From Bacteroidales bacterium (lineage in GTDB: Bacteria; Bacteroidota; Bacteroidia; Bacteroidales; UBA932): a stretch of DNA of 64,000 nt. Below, piece after piece: positions 1 to 7,927 of this stretch; position 1 is the stretch's first letter; each line of letters starts with the position of its first letter. The position numbers and the translations under genes were made by a program. The notes under the pieces were generated by a model. That model saw only the letters and a list, made by a program, of their open reading frames with translations. It did no database searches and had not been told where the DNA came from. The stretch is taken from contig JAFYYW010000009.1 of NCBI GenBank assembly GCA_017548985.1, forward strand, positions 5,290 to 69,289. Direction: 5' to 3'.

Positions 1-1131
1 CTTACCCTTCATGATGGACGCGGCCTCAGAGAGGTTGTCGTAAGTACCTCCGGAGCAACCGGCGATCAGAGCCTGGTCAGCGCAGACCTTCCCGTCCTTG
101 ATCTTTGACAGGAGATCTATCTGCACCTTGTCGCCGAAACGTTTCTTGGCGTCGTCCTCGACAGCCTTGAGGATACCCTCAGGGTCAGCCTGCAACTCAT
201 GGATAGTGAATGCGTTGGAAGGATGGAACGGCAGAGCGATCATGCTCTCCTGAGTGGAAAGGTCGATGCGGATCATGCTGTCATACCATGCGACCTTGCC
301 GGGCTTGAGTTCCTTATAGCACTCAGGGCGGCGATGAATCTCATAATGCTCCTTGACTATTTCGTCAGTGACCCAGATGGAGCTGAGGCAGGTGGTCTCG
401 GTGGTCATAACGTCGATTCCATTGCGGAAGTCGATAGGAAGCTCCTTGACACCAGGACCAGCGAACTCAAGCACCTTATTCTTCACGAAACCACTCTCGA
501 ATACTTCCTTGACGAGGGAGATGGCCACATCATGGGGGCCGACTCCATGCTTGGGTTTGCCCTCAAGCCAGACCAGGACTACCTCAGGAGCGTTGATGTC
601 CCAAGTGTTGTGGAGAAGCTGTTTCACAAGCTCACCACCACCTTCGCCGACACCCATGCAACCAAGTGACCCGTAGCGGGTGTGGGAGTCGGAACCGAGA
701 ACCATTCCACCGCAGGTGGCAAGAGCCTCACGGACATACTGATGTATAACAGCCTGATTGGCGGGAACATAGATACCACCGTACTTCTTGGCCGCGGAAA
801 GGCCGAACACATGGTCATCCTCATTGATGGTTCCGCCGACAGCGCAAAGGGAGTTGTGGCAGTTGGTCATGGCATAAGGGATAGGGAACTTCTCCAGGCC
901 GCTGGCGCGGGCTGTCTGGATAATACCCACATAGGTGATGTCGTGTGACGCCATAGCGTCGAAACGGATTTTTAGCTTAGAGCCTTTTGTACCCTGGACA
1001 TCATGGGAACGGAGAATCCCATAAGCGATAGTGTTCTCACGCGCCTCGTCTTTGCCGGGCAATCCCTCGGGATTGTCAACAATCGTCTTTCCGTCAAGGA
1101 GATACACTCCATGTTGGATCATTTCTACCAT
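1..1131 (-). CDS. ybhJ: Aconitase-family hydratase, YbhJ-like (3' end lies beyond the window edge)
   Basis: Absent from the ORF track because it has no stop in the window. Hand translation from ATG at 1131 gives MVEMIQHGVYLL...KIRFDAMASHDITYVGIIQTA...TNCHNSLCAVGGTINEDDH...GSDSHTRYG...DVMTTETTCLSSIW, which matches the E. coli YbhJ motifs. Confidence 0.85.
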   Translation of the reverse strand, partial: MVEMIQHGVYLLDGKTIVDNPEGLPGKDEARENTIAYGILRSHDVQGTKGSKLKIRFDAMASHDITYVGIIQTARASGLEKFPIPYAMTNCHNSLCAVGGTINEDDHVFGLSAAKKYGGIYVPANQAVIHQYVREALATCGGMVLGSDSHTRYGSLGCMGVGEGGGELVKQLLHNTWDINAPEVVLVWLEGKPKHGVGPHDVAISLVKEVFESGFVKNKVLEFAGPGVKELPIDFRNGIDVMTTETTCLSSIWVTDEIVKEHYEIHRRPECYKELKPGKVAWYDSMIRIDLSTQESMIALPFHPSNAFTIHELQADPEGILKAVEDDAKKRFGDKVQIDLLSKIKDGKVCADQALIAGCSGGTYDNLSEAASIMKGK

Positions 1132-1152
1132 AATTGTGTGGTTTTAAGAATA

Positions 1153-3156
1153 TTAATTAGTTAATGAATCTACAAATATCGTGAGCGCCAACATGTCGGC
1201 GGCACCTCCGGGGGAGATACCCTCCGCATCGTAACGCTTTTTCATTTCTCTCAATCCTCCCTCGCTGAAATTATCCAGCAGGGCTTTCGCCTCCTCCTTC
1301 ACTTCCTGGGCTCTCTGATAACCAACCCTGTGAATAATGCAGGTGTCGTCCAGTGTGGACATTATCTTGAGCAACGTCTTCTGCAATGCAGCCGTCTTAT
1401 CTATCTCCGCTGTGCCGTCCGGGCCAGGCCGAGTCCATCCTCGCTCCGCTGCGGCTGAGTACGGCCTAAGCCCGGCGGCACCAGCGGAGTGGAAGAAGGG
1501 CAGCCAATCTTCAAAAAGAGGTTTGTAGCCTTCCCAGGCCAACTGTAGAGCACCCTTGACCCCGTGCTCTTTAACAGCTTTGGCACCATGGGAATCGTTA
1601 CCCGCAGCAAGCAAACCAGAAAGTTCAGCGATCCTTTCAGATAGTTCTGTAACCGTAAAACGTAAAGGACTATCAGTCAATATATTAGCAATTAGTGCGT
1701 GGTCATTATTCACCAGCCATATTTGCCTATTATCTTGATATTCATTTAGTTGCGAATCACGGGCAATTATCAGAGCCGCAATTGCGGCGAAGCCTAAGGC
1801 GAAAATCGCCCCGCGATAAGTGTTTACTCCCCGGGTATATTCCAGCACTTCCGCCTCAATCGCCTTTCCGAACTCTCTTAAAGAATCACCAGCGGCCTTC
1901 TGGCAGCCTGTCAAATCGCCAAGGATATGGAGATGGCGGATAAAGGAGCGGCGGATAACATCGATGCTGCCTTTCATCAGGGCATAGTCCATATCACTGT
2001 GAGCTCCATTGCTATCCTTGTCAACAAGGCCTGGCTTCACAGGAGTGTCAAGCTCTATCCTGAGTGACCTGGCCACCAGCTCAGCGACCAAATAAGGCCA
2101 CGTCGTCTGCGGCGTCATGACGACGGCGTTCCGGAAACTCCCATGTTCCAATGCCTTACGCACATCAGAAGCTTGAATATACCCGGCGAGATTGCCGTCA
2201 AGGGAAAGCCTTGACAGTTCGACAACCGATATTCCATAGGCCTGGAGAATCTCTTTCATGAGCTCGTTGTAACGGGCGGTCAGAGGGTCTGAAGGCTCGC
2301 TGCCGACAAAACGGACAGTCACTCCTAAAGACGGGGCGATGTGCCTGGCGAATAGATCGAGATCCAGTCTCATCTGGGTTTCGGCGGCTTCCGTGAGATC
2401 TTTAAGGAAATATGTCGGGAAGGTCGTCGCTGAAATCTGGTACTCACTGCCTTCCAAGACAGTGGCGAGACCCTCACAGCCACGACGTATCATCTCAAGC
2501 CGTTCCTCATACGGGAACAACGACACATCCTCCTTGACCGGAATCACAAACAACTTCCCTACCTGCCCAGAGGCCTTCTCAACCAGATACTTATGCCCCA
2601 GGGTGAACGGGTTGGCATTCATGATTATGACACCGGCAGTCGAAGGACAACCGATTGAATCCGGCCGATCAAATCCTGGCTTTGCCGCAGCCGAGCACGA
2701 CTTAAGATAATCCTCCAAACCATGACCGTTCTCCATCAGGATAGCGAGAGGAGCTTTCGCGATAATGTGGAAGCCGAGGCTGGTGAAAATGGCCTCATTC
2801 TCGGGTTTGGTGAAAACCTTGAGATTGGCTATACCCTTTGCGGAGGCATAAGCGATGATGTGGGAAACCAGCGGGGCGACAAGCCCTCTCGACCTGGCCG
2901 AAGCGACCACAGCGACACATTTGATGACATCTCCCGCAAGGCCGGCTCCGGCGACAATGGATCCGTCCCCGTCAAGGACAGAAAAATAATCGTCGACAAC
3001 TTCCAGACGCAAACCATTGGCCGTGAGGAAGTTCTCGACTTGTCTCCTGAATCGGGGAGAACTCAGCGGGATTCTCTGTATCTCTACTATGTTATCTTCT
3101 GTCTGCACCTTGTCGCAAGCTTTCCAATACTCCCGGTTCCGCCTGCTGTGGAACAA
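1153..3156 (-). CDS. citC-citG: Fusion of citrate lyase ligase CitC (N-terminal) and triphosphoribosyl-dephospho-CoA synthase CitG (C-terminal)
   Basis: GNAT-like N-terminus, then MNANPFTLGH and FPTYF (CitC), then KPGLVD..SNGAH.DMD and ISPGGAADMLA (CitG) in one 667-aa frame. The true start may be GTG at 3108, because the TTG at 3156 sits at the predicted transcription start. Confidence 0.9.
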   Translation of the reverse strand: MFHSRRNREYWKACDKVQTEDNIVEIQRIPLSSPRFRRQVENFLTANGLRLEVVDDYFSVLDGDGSIVAGAGLAGDVIKCVAVVASARSRGLVAPLVSHIIAYASAKGIANLKVFTKPENEAIFTSLGFHIIAKAPLAILMENGHGLEDYLKSCSAAAKPGFDRPDSIGCPSTAGVIIMNANPFTLGHKYLVEKASGQVGKLFVIPVKEDVSLFPYEERLEMIRRGCEGLATVLEGSEYQISATTFPTYFLKDLTEAAETQMRLDLDLFARHIAPSLGVTVRFVGSEPSDPLTARYNELMKEILQAYGISVVELSRLSLDGNLAGYIQASDVRKALEHGSFRNAVVMTPQTTWPYLVAELVARSLRIELDTPVKPGLVDKDSNGAHSDMDYALMKGSIDVIRRSFIRHLHILGDLTGCQKAAGDSLREFGKAIEAEVLEYTRGVNTYRGAIFALGFAAIAALIIARDSQLNEYQDNRQIWLVNNDHALIANILTDSPLRFTVTELSERIAELSGLLAAGNDSHGAKAVKEHGVKGALQLAWEGYKPLFEDWLPFFHSAGAAGLRPYSAAAERGWTRPGPDGTAEIDKTAALQKTLLKIMSTLDDTCIIHRVGYQRAQEVKEEAKALLDNFSEGGLREMKKRYDAEGISPGGAADMLALTIFVDSLTN
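1405..1489. repeat. REP-like long hairpin embedded in frame in the CitG domain
   Basis: Nested arms CTCCGCTG/CAGCGGAG (1405-1412/1482-1489), TGCCG(T)CCGGGC/GCCCGGCGGCA and AGGCCG/CGGCCT. The loop contains GC-GGA-GC on the minus strand. Confidence 0.7.
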
Positions 3157-3161
3157 CTCTA

Positions 3162-3169
3162 CAAATGTA
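3162..3169 (-). promoter_or_regulatory. Bacteroidetes -7 box (TACATTTG) for citC-citG
   Basis: Matches TAnnTTTG in the citX-citC intergenic gap. Confidence 0.6.
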
Positions 3170-3199
3170 ACAAATCGTTACAGATAAACAAAAGTTTTC

Positions 3200-3904
3200 T
3201 TATGATTTTAAATAAATATCAACCATTTGGTCGATTTTCGCAAGCAATTCTTCGGTTGTGTGAGACTTTGCTCTCATGCAATGCCTAACCTCGTTGCCAC
3301 ACAAAAGGCACTTCCTCGGCTCCAACCCCAAATCCTCACGCCCCAATGGTGCCGGTGAATACTTGGCGGCGGGAAGTCCCCGTACTCCCTGCGCTTCGCG
3401 CCCTATCCGGGTAAATGTCCGTCCGGGGACTTCCCGTCCGCCACTCAACGAAGTCTGTTCCGATTCAGATTCAAGGGATTCGGAGCGTAGCGACGCAGGG
3501 AGTTTGAGGGGTACGCCCCTCAATCCCCCTCGGGGGTGCAGGGGGGTGGAAGAGGATTTGGACGTGATCGTGACGATCACGTCCAAATCCATAAGGCGTC
3601 CGAGGGGGTGGGTGTCTTCGAGATGGCAGGCAAGGCGCTTGGCATCAAATGGAGACATGGGAACGAGGAAGAAGCCCTCATAACCGGTCTCCAAATCACG
3701 AAGCTCCTCTATTTCAACCGTATACGCCTCCCTGACAGCCTTAACCCCAGCTTCAGCTATCACCAAAGAACTTTTGTTCCTTTTAACCGGCCCGGGCAAT
3801 TGCACCGTGAGACACAAAAGCGAAAGGCCAGGATTGGCTTCCAGCAGCTCGCGCTGCCGCCGCACCCTGGCCTCCCGGCTCTCCAATATTTCTTCCAGAG
3901 TCAC
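3200..3904 (-). CDS. citX: Apo-citrate lyase phosphoribosyl-dephospho-CoA transferase CitX with an in-frame insertion of about 65-70 aa
   Basis: ILESREAR, HPLGRLMDLDV and LGREDLGLEPRKCLLC motifs. The extra segment lies between DLDVI and PLGRE. Confidence 0.9.
   Translation of the reverse strand: MTLEEILESREARVRRQRELLEANPGLSLLCLTVQLPGPVKRNKSSLVIAEAGVKAVREAYTVEIEELRDLETGYEGFFLVPMSPFDAKRLACHLEDTHPLGRLMDLDVIVTITSKSSSTPLHPRGGLRGVPLKLPASLRSESLESESEQTSLSGGREVPGRTFTRIGREAQGVRGLPAAKYSPAPLGREDLGLEPRKCLLCGNEVRHCMRAKSHTTEELLAKIDQMVDIYLKS
3365..3442. repeat. REP-like element, copy 1: 40-bp core (3384-3423) closed by a 17-18 bp stem
   Basis: Core ACTCCCTGCGCTTCGCGCCCTATCCGGGTAAATGTCCGTC is identical to 17065-17104. 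Arms are GGCGGCGGGAAGTCCCC and GGGGACTTCCCGTCCGCC. Confidence 0.85.
3482..3548. repeat. Second palindromic module inside the citX insertion
   Basis: GC-GTA-GC mini-hairpin; CGCAGGGAGT (3494-3503) is the inverse of core 3384-3393; TTGAGGGG-TACG-CCCCTCAA hairpin at 3504-3523; CCCC/GGGG stem. Confidence 0.7.
3554..3590. repeat. Perfect 18-bp inverted duplication of citX coding sequence
   Basis: GGATTTGGACGTGATCGT-G-ACGATCACGTCCAAATCC; the arms are exact reverse complements. Confidence 0.95.
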
Positions 3905-5323
3905 CTACTGGATGTTGTAGATCTTGTCAAGGACTTTGCCGTGGCGATCCATGACGATACCGACGACCTTGTCGCCGAATGGCAGAGGATCAGGCACACC
4001 GATCACACTTGTAGCCTTCGCGGCGAGATCGTGGATGTCCACAACCTTCAGCCCTGCCTCCTTGAGACGCTCAGCGATCTCGGGACGACGGGGGTTGACA
4101 GCTATTCCATATTCGGTGACAACCACATCGACCCCGGCGCCAGGAGTGATCAGAGTCGTCACTTTCGGGACGACGCAAGGGATACGTCCTCTCAGAAGAG
4201 GGCAAACGATGATTGACAAAGCGCTATCCTCGGCGGTGTCGGGATGGCCTCCCACAGCTCCGCGTATGATTCCGTCAGATCCGACGAGAACGTTCACATT
4301 GAAATCAACGTCAACTTCGAGGGCGGAGAGGATCACAATGTCAAGGGCGTGGACCGCTGAACCGGGATTATCGGCGCTGGCATATTCGACTGCGCTGACC
4401 TCCTGGTGGGTCTGGTCAGAGGCGATCGACTCAGCCGCGACCTTGTCAAACGACTGGACGTCAATCAGTTTGCCGATCAGGCCTTCCTCATGGAGCTTGA
4501 CCATGTGGGCAGTGATGCCACCGAGGGCGAAAGAAGCTTTGATTCCCTTCTCAAGCATGCTCTCCTTTATGTACTTCACGACAGCCAGCGAAGCTCCGCC
4601 GGTACCGGTCTGGATGGAGAAACCATCCTTGAAGTAACCGCTGTTGATCACGACCTGGGCGGCCTGCTGGGCAAGCAAAATGTCACGGGGATTCTTCGAG
4701 TCACGGATCGCTCCCGAAGATATCTTCGAGCTGTCACCCACGGAATCCACGATCACGACGGATTCGACATCGCAGGAAGAGATTGACTTGGGGTAATTAG
4801 GATAGGCCACGAGGTCGTCAGTCAGGACAACCACATGGTCGGCGTACTTTGCGTCCGGAAGCGCGTAACCAAGAGAGCCACAAATGGATTTGGCGTTCTC
4901 GCTGCGGGGGCAACCGGAAGCGTTACCCAACTCGTCGCAAGAGGAAGCTCCCAGGAAAGCGACATCAATGTGAAGCTCACCGTTGGCGATAGCGCTGCCC
5001 CTGCCACCATGGGAACGGAACACGACAGGCTCAGTCATAAGGCCATGGGATATCTCATTAGCCAGTTCACCGCGGAGACCCGAGGTGGAGATGCCGGTGA
5101 TGACGCCAGCCTTGATGTGCTCAATAAGCGGGGCGTGGACATCCGAGAGACTCGAGGCCGCGAGTTTGAGATCCTTGAAACCCATCTCAGCCAACTTGGC
5201 GACAACCAGGTTGACGACCTTGTCTCCACCGCGGAAATGATGGTGGAAAGATATGGTCATGCCATCCTTGAGGCCAGAGCGGCGGATGGCTTCCTCCAAA
5301 GAGACTACTTTAGTGTTTCTCAT
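3905..5323 (-). CDS. citF: Citrate lyase alpha subunit (citrate CoA-transferase)
   Basis: SGLKDGMTISFHHHFRGGD, FRSHGGR, QTGTGGAS and GGHPDTA motifs. Confidence 0.95.
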   Translation of the reverse strand: MRNTKVVSLEEAIRRSGLKDGMTISFHHHFRGGDKVVNLVVAKLAEMGFKDLKLAASSLSDVHAPLIEHIKAGVITGISTSGLRGELANEISHGLMTEPVVFRSHGGRGSAIANGELHIDVAFLGASSCDELGNASGCPRSENAKSICGSLGYALPDAKYADHVVVLTDDLVAYPNYPKSISSCDVESVVIVDSVGDSSKISSGAIRDSKNPRDILLAQQAAQVVINSGYFKDGFSIQTGTGGASLAVVKYIKESMLEKGIKASFALGGITAHMVKLHEEGLIGKLIDVQSFDKVAAESIASDQTHQEVSAVEYASADNPGSAVHALDIVILSALEVDVDFNVNVLVGSDGIIRGAVGGHPDTAEDSALSIIVCPLLRGRIPCVVPKVTTLITPGAGVDVVVTEYGIAVNPRRPEIAERLKEAGLKVVDIHDLAAKATSVIGVPDPLPFGDKVVGIVMDRHGKVLDKIYNIQ

Positions 5324-6225
5324 GACAATTCCTCCTCATTCAATATTCCTGAAGCGACAGCCAAGGCGATCACCCTCTCGGCGCGGAGCACGACCGGGCG
5401 GTCAACCATCTTGCCATTGACGGCGATGACACCCGAACCCTTCTCACGGGCCTCCTTGATGGCGGCGATGATCCGAAGGGCCTTGTCAATGTCTTTCTGC
5501 TTGGGAGCGAACACCTCATTGACCACCTGGATCTGGCGGGGATTGATGATCGACTTCCCGTCAAAACCGAGATTCTTGATCAACTCAACTTCCTTACGGA
5601 AGGTGTCCATGTCATCAAGGTTGGAATATACAGTGTCAAAGCAAGCGATACCAGCGGCCCTGGCGGCCACAACTATGGTCTCCCTCGCAAGAAGGAGCTC
5701 GGACCCTTCCGGAGTACGGGGGGTCTTCAGGTTGGCGGTGTAATCCTCGGCTCCGAGCGCGATACCCATCATCCTCTTGGAAGCGGTGGCGATCTCGTAG
5801 GCATTGACGATACCAAGAGCGCTCTCGATAGCCGCCATGATCTGGGTGCGTCCGACACATCCGAGTTCCTCTTCGACCTTGATGATCTCAGCCTCCAGCT
5901 CACGGACCTCATCAGCTGTCTCCGTCTTAGGCATACGGATCACATCGACCCCGGCCTTCACGACAGCCTCAACGTCCTTTTTCCCATACGGGGTGTTGAG
6001 GGGATTGATCCTGACCACCATCTCGGTGTCGCCATAATCGATTGTCTTGAGGGCGTTATAGACCAGGAGGCGGGCGGCGTCCTTCTCGGCCATCGTCACT
6101 GAATCCTCAAGGTCAAGCATTATCGAATCCGGCCCATAAATATGGGCGTCCGCCATCATCCCGGGATTGTTGCCCGGAACGAACATCATTGTTCTTCTAA
6201 GCCTTTCCATACTATTTCCAGACAT
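5320..6225 (-). CDS. citE: Citrate lyase beta subunit (citryl-CoA lyase)
   Basis: RRTMMFVPG, LDLEDSV, LGAEDY and GFDGKSIINPRQI; lies between citD and citF with overlapping ends. Confidence 0.95.
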   Translation of the reverse strand: MSGNSMERLRRTMMFVPGNNPGMMADAHIYGPDSIMLDLEDSVTMAEKDAARLLVYNALKTIDYGDTEMVVRINPLNTPYGKKDVEAVVKAGVDVIRMPKTETADEVRELEAEIIKVEEELGCVGRTQIMAAIESALGIVNAYEIATASKRMMGIALGAEDYTANLKTPRTPEGSELLLARETIVVAARAAGIACFDTVYSNLDDMDTFRKEVELIKNLGFDGKSIINPRQIQVVNEVFAPKQKDIDKALRIIAAIKEAREKGSGVIAVNGKMVDRPVVLRAERVIALAVASGILNEEELS

Positions 6226-6484
6226 CTTTGCCGGTGGCGCGTACAGCGGCGGCGGTTACTCTCGCGCGGATCGTGCAGTCCAGGGCACCTTTATCCGTCG
6301 CTTTGACATACGCGTCAGAGATGCCGAGGCCCTCGAGAGTCTCGGTGATCACCGACTTGATCTGCCGCCCGAACTGGGCGGCCACAGAGCTTTGAAGCTC
6401 TACCTGAAGGCCTTCACCCGGTCCGATCTGGATCATGATGTCTCCGGACTCGAGAGTGCCGGCCACAGCGTTCTTTACTTCCAT
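6212..6484 (-). CDS. citD: Citrate lyase acyl-carrier protein (gamma subunit)
   Basis: AVAGTLESGD (prosthetic-group Ser) and DKGALDCTIRAR; ATG at 6484 preferred over the track start at 6499. Confidence 0.95.
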   Translation of the reverse strand: MEVKNAVAGTLESGDIMIQIGPGEGLQVELQSSVAAQFGRQIKSVITETLEGLGISDAYVKATDKGALDCTIRARVTAAAVRATGKDVWK

Positions 6485-6604
6485 GGTTAGAGTGATCAAT
6501 TATAAATTGTTTGCGAAAATAGGTCTTTCCCTTATAATTTCAAAGCGTTTTAATGAATAGTTATGAACATTTTCCAACACTTGTCCACAATATGGAAATA
6601 ATGC

Positions 6605-6612
6605 TATATTTG
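6605..6612 (+). promoter_or_regulatory. -7 box TATATTTG
   Basis: TAnnTTTG 22 nt before the ATG at 6635. Confidence 0.65.
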
Positions 6613-6634
6613 TGTTAAATAAAACTGACTTTCT

Positions 6635-7918
6635 ATGGACAGAAGAGATTTCATCAAGAGTTCGGCGCTCGCCACCGCGGCACTCATGTTCGATTGGGAA
6701 AAAGCTTTCGCGGCCGGTACGACCGCTCCACAAGTGGGCAAAACCTGGAAAGGTTGGAAGAAAGGGCATTTCCAGGCGCATTTCATCTACACTGGTGTCG
6801 GTGAGTCGATTTTCATGATATTCCCGGACGGCACTACGATGCTTCTCGACTGCGGAGACCACAACGCGATCGGTCGTGGCAAGTTGGCTGTCCCGGTGCT
6901 TCCCTCTCCAGACAGACATTCCGGAGAATGGATCGCCAGATACATCCAGCGAGTTAATCCATTGAAGGACGAGGTAGACTACATGATGCTCTCCCACTAC
7001 CACAACGACCATGGAGGCTGCGCCAAATTCCATGCGGGCACAGTTACCCGTGACGGGGAGGAGTATCCTTTGAGCGGATTCGCCCAAGCCGCCGAATGGC
7101 TCAAATTCCGGAAGGCCATTGACAGGTGCTGGCCAGGATATGACGACCCCATTCCGCTCATTGAGAGATCAGCGGATAACGTGACACAGATGAAGAGGTT
7201 CTATACTTATATGTCGCGCCATCGCGGGCTTGAGATAGAGAAGTTCCAACTCGGAGCCATAGACCAGATAAAGATGATTCATAACCCGGGGAAATATCCC
7301 GGATTCTCAATCAGGAACATTTCCGCGAACGGAAGGATAGCTTATCCGGACGGAAGGATAAAAGACCTGTATGCCGACAGGAAAAAAGACGCCCCTAAAT
7401 ATTTTAACGAGAATGGGATGAGTCTCGGGATAATCATCTCCTACGGTCCTTTCAGGTTCTACACCGCCGGAGACTTCTCAGACAGTTGGGAAATGCCGGA
7501 CGGCTCTCGCCATGAGATTGAAGATGACATCGCCGAGGTATGCGGAAAAGTCAACGTCGCAAAGATCAACCACCATGGCCACTACTCCATGACTGAGAAA
7601 CTGCTTAAGGCTCTTCAGGCAAGGGTATATGTAAGCTGCGTTTGGGACCAGCTACATAACGTGGCTCCGGTGATGGAAAGGATAGCTGACAGGTCGATCT
7701 ATCCTGGCGACAGGATTGTCTGCCCCGGAGTATTCCCGAAAGAAAGGCGTGAGGAAGACGCCGGAAAGGCGTGGCTGGAAGTCATAAACAAGTCCTCCTT
7801 CAATGGCGGTCATGTGGTGCTCGATGTGCCGAAGGGAGGGAAGGAGTATTCAGTCACATATCTCACCGCCGAGGACGAGTCAATGAAAGTCCTCAGCGTG
7901 ATGAATTTCCAGTCTTGA
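6635..7918 (+). CDS. Tat-exported metallo-beta-lactamase-fold hydrolase (ComEC/Rec2-like MBL domain)
   Basis: MDRRDFIK twin-arginine signal; LLDCG, SHYHNDH (HxHxDH), TAGD and NHHGH. Confidence 0.8.
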   Translation: MDRRDFIKSSALATAALMFDWEKAFAAGTTAPQVGKTWKGWKKGHFQAHFIYTGVGESIFMIFPDGTTMLLDCGDHNAIGRGKLAVPVLPSPDRHSGEWIARYIQRVNPLKDEVDYMMLSHYHNDHGGCAKFHAGTVTRDGEEYPLSGFAQAAEWLKFRKAIDRCWPGYDDPIPLIERSADNVTQMKRFYTYMSRHRGLEIEKFQLGAIDQIKMIHNPGKYPGFSIRNISANGRIAYPDGRIKDLYADRKKDAPKYFNENGMSLGIIISYGPFRFYTAGDFSDSWEMPDGSRHEIEDDIAEVCGKVNVAKINHHGHYSMTEKLLKALQARVYVSCVWDQLHNVAPVMERIADRSIYPGDRIVCPGVFPKERREEDAGKAWLEVINKSSFNGGHVVLDVPKGGKEYSVTYLTAEDESMKVLSVMNFQS

Positions 7919-7927
7919 GTCGGGGAA

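Noticed and set aside
256-300. GGAAAGGTC...GACCTTGCC resembling the hicAB-flanking repeat
   Set aside because: The spacer is 27 nt rather than 15, and it lies inside a conserved CDS; likely chance.
199-948. Plus-strand ORFs 199-669, 353-676 and 682-948
   Set aside because: Antisense shadows of the YbhJ-like gene, which the track missed because it runs off the edge.
4835-5743. Long plus-strand ORFs over citF and citE (also 3536-4216, 3924-4637)
   Set aside because: Antisense to well-conserved genes, with no motifs; expected from GC-biased codon usage.
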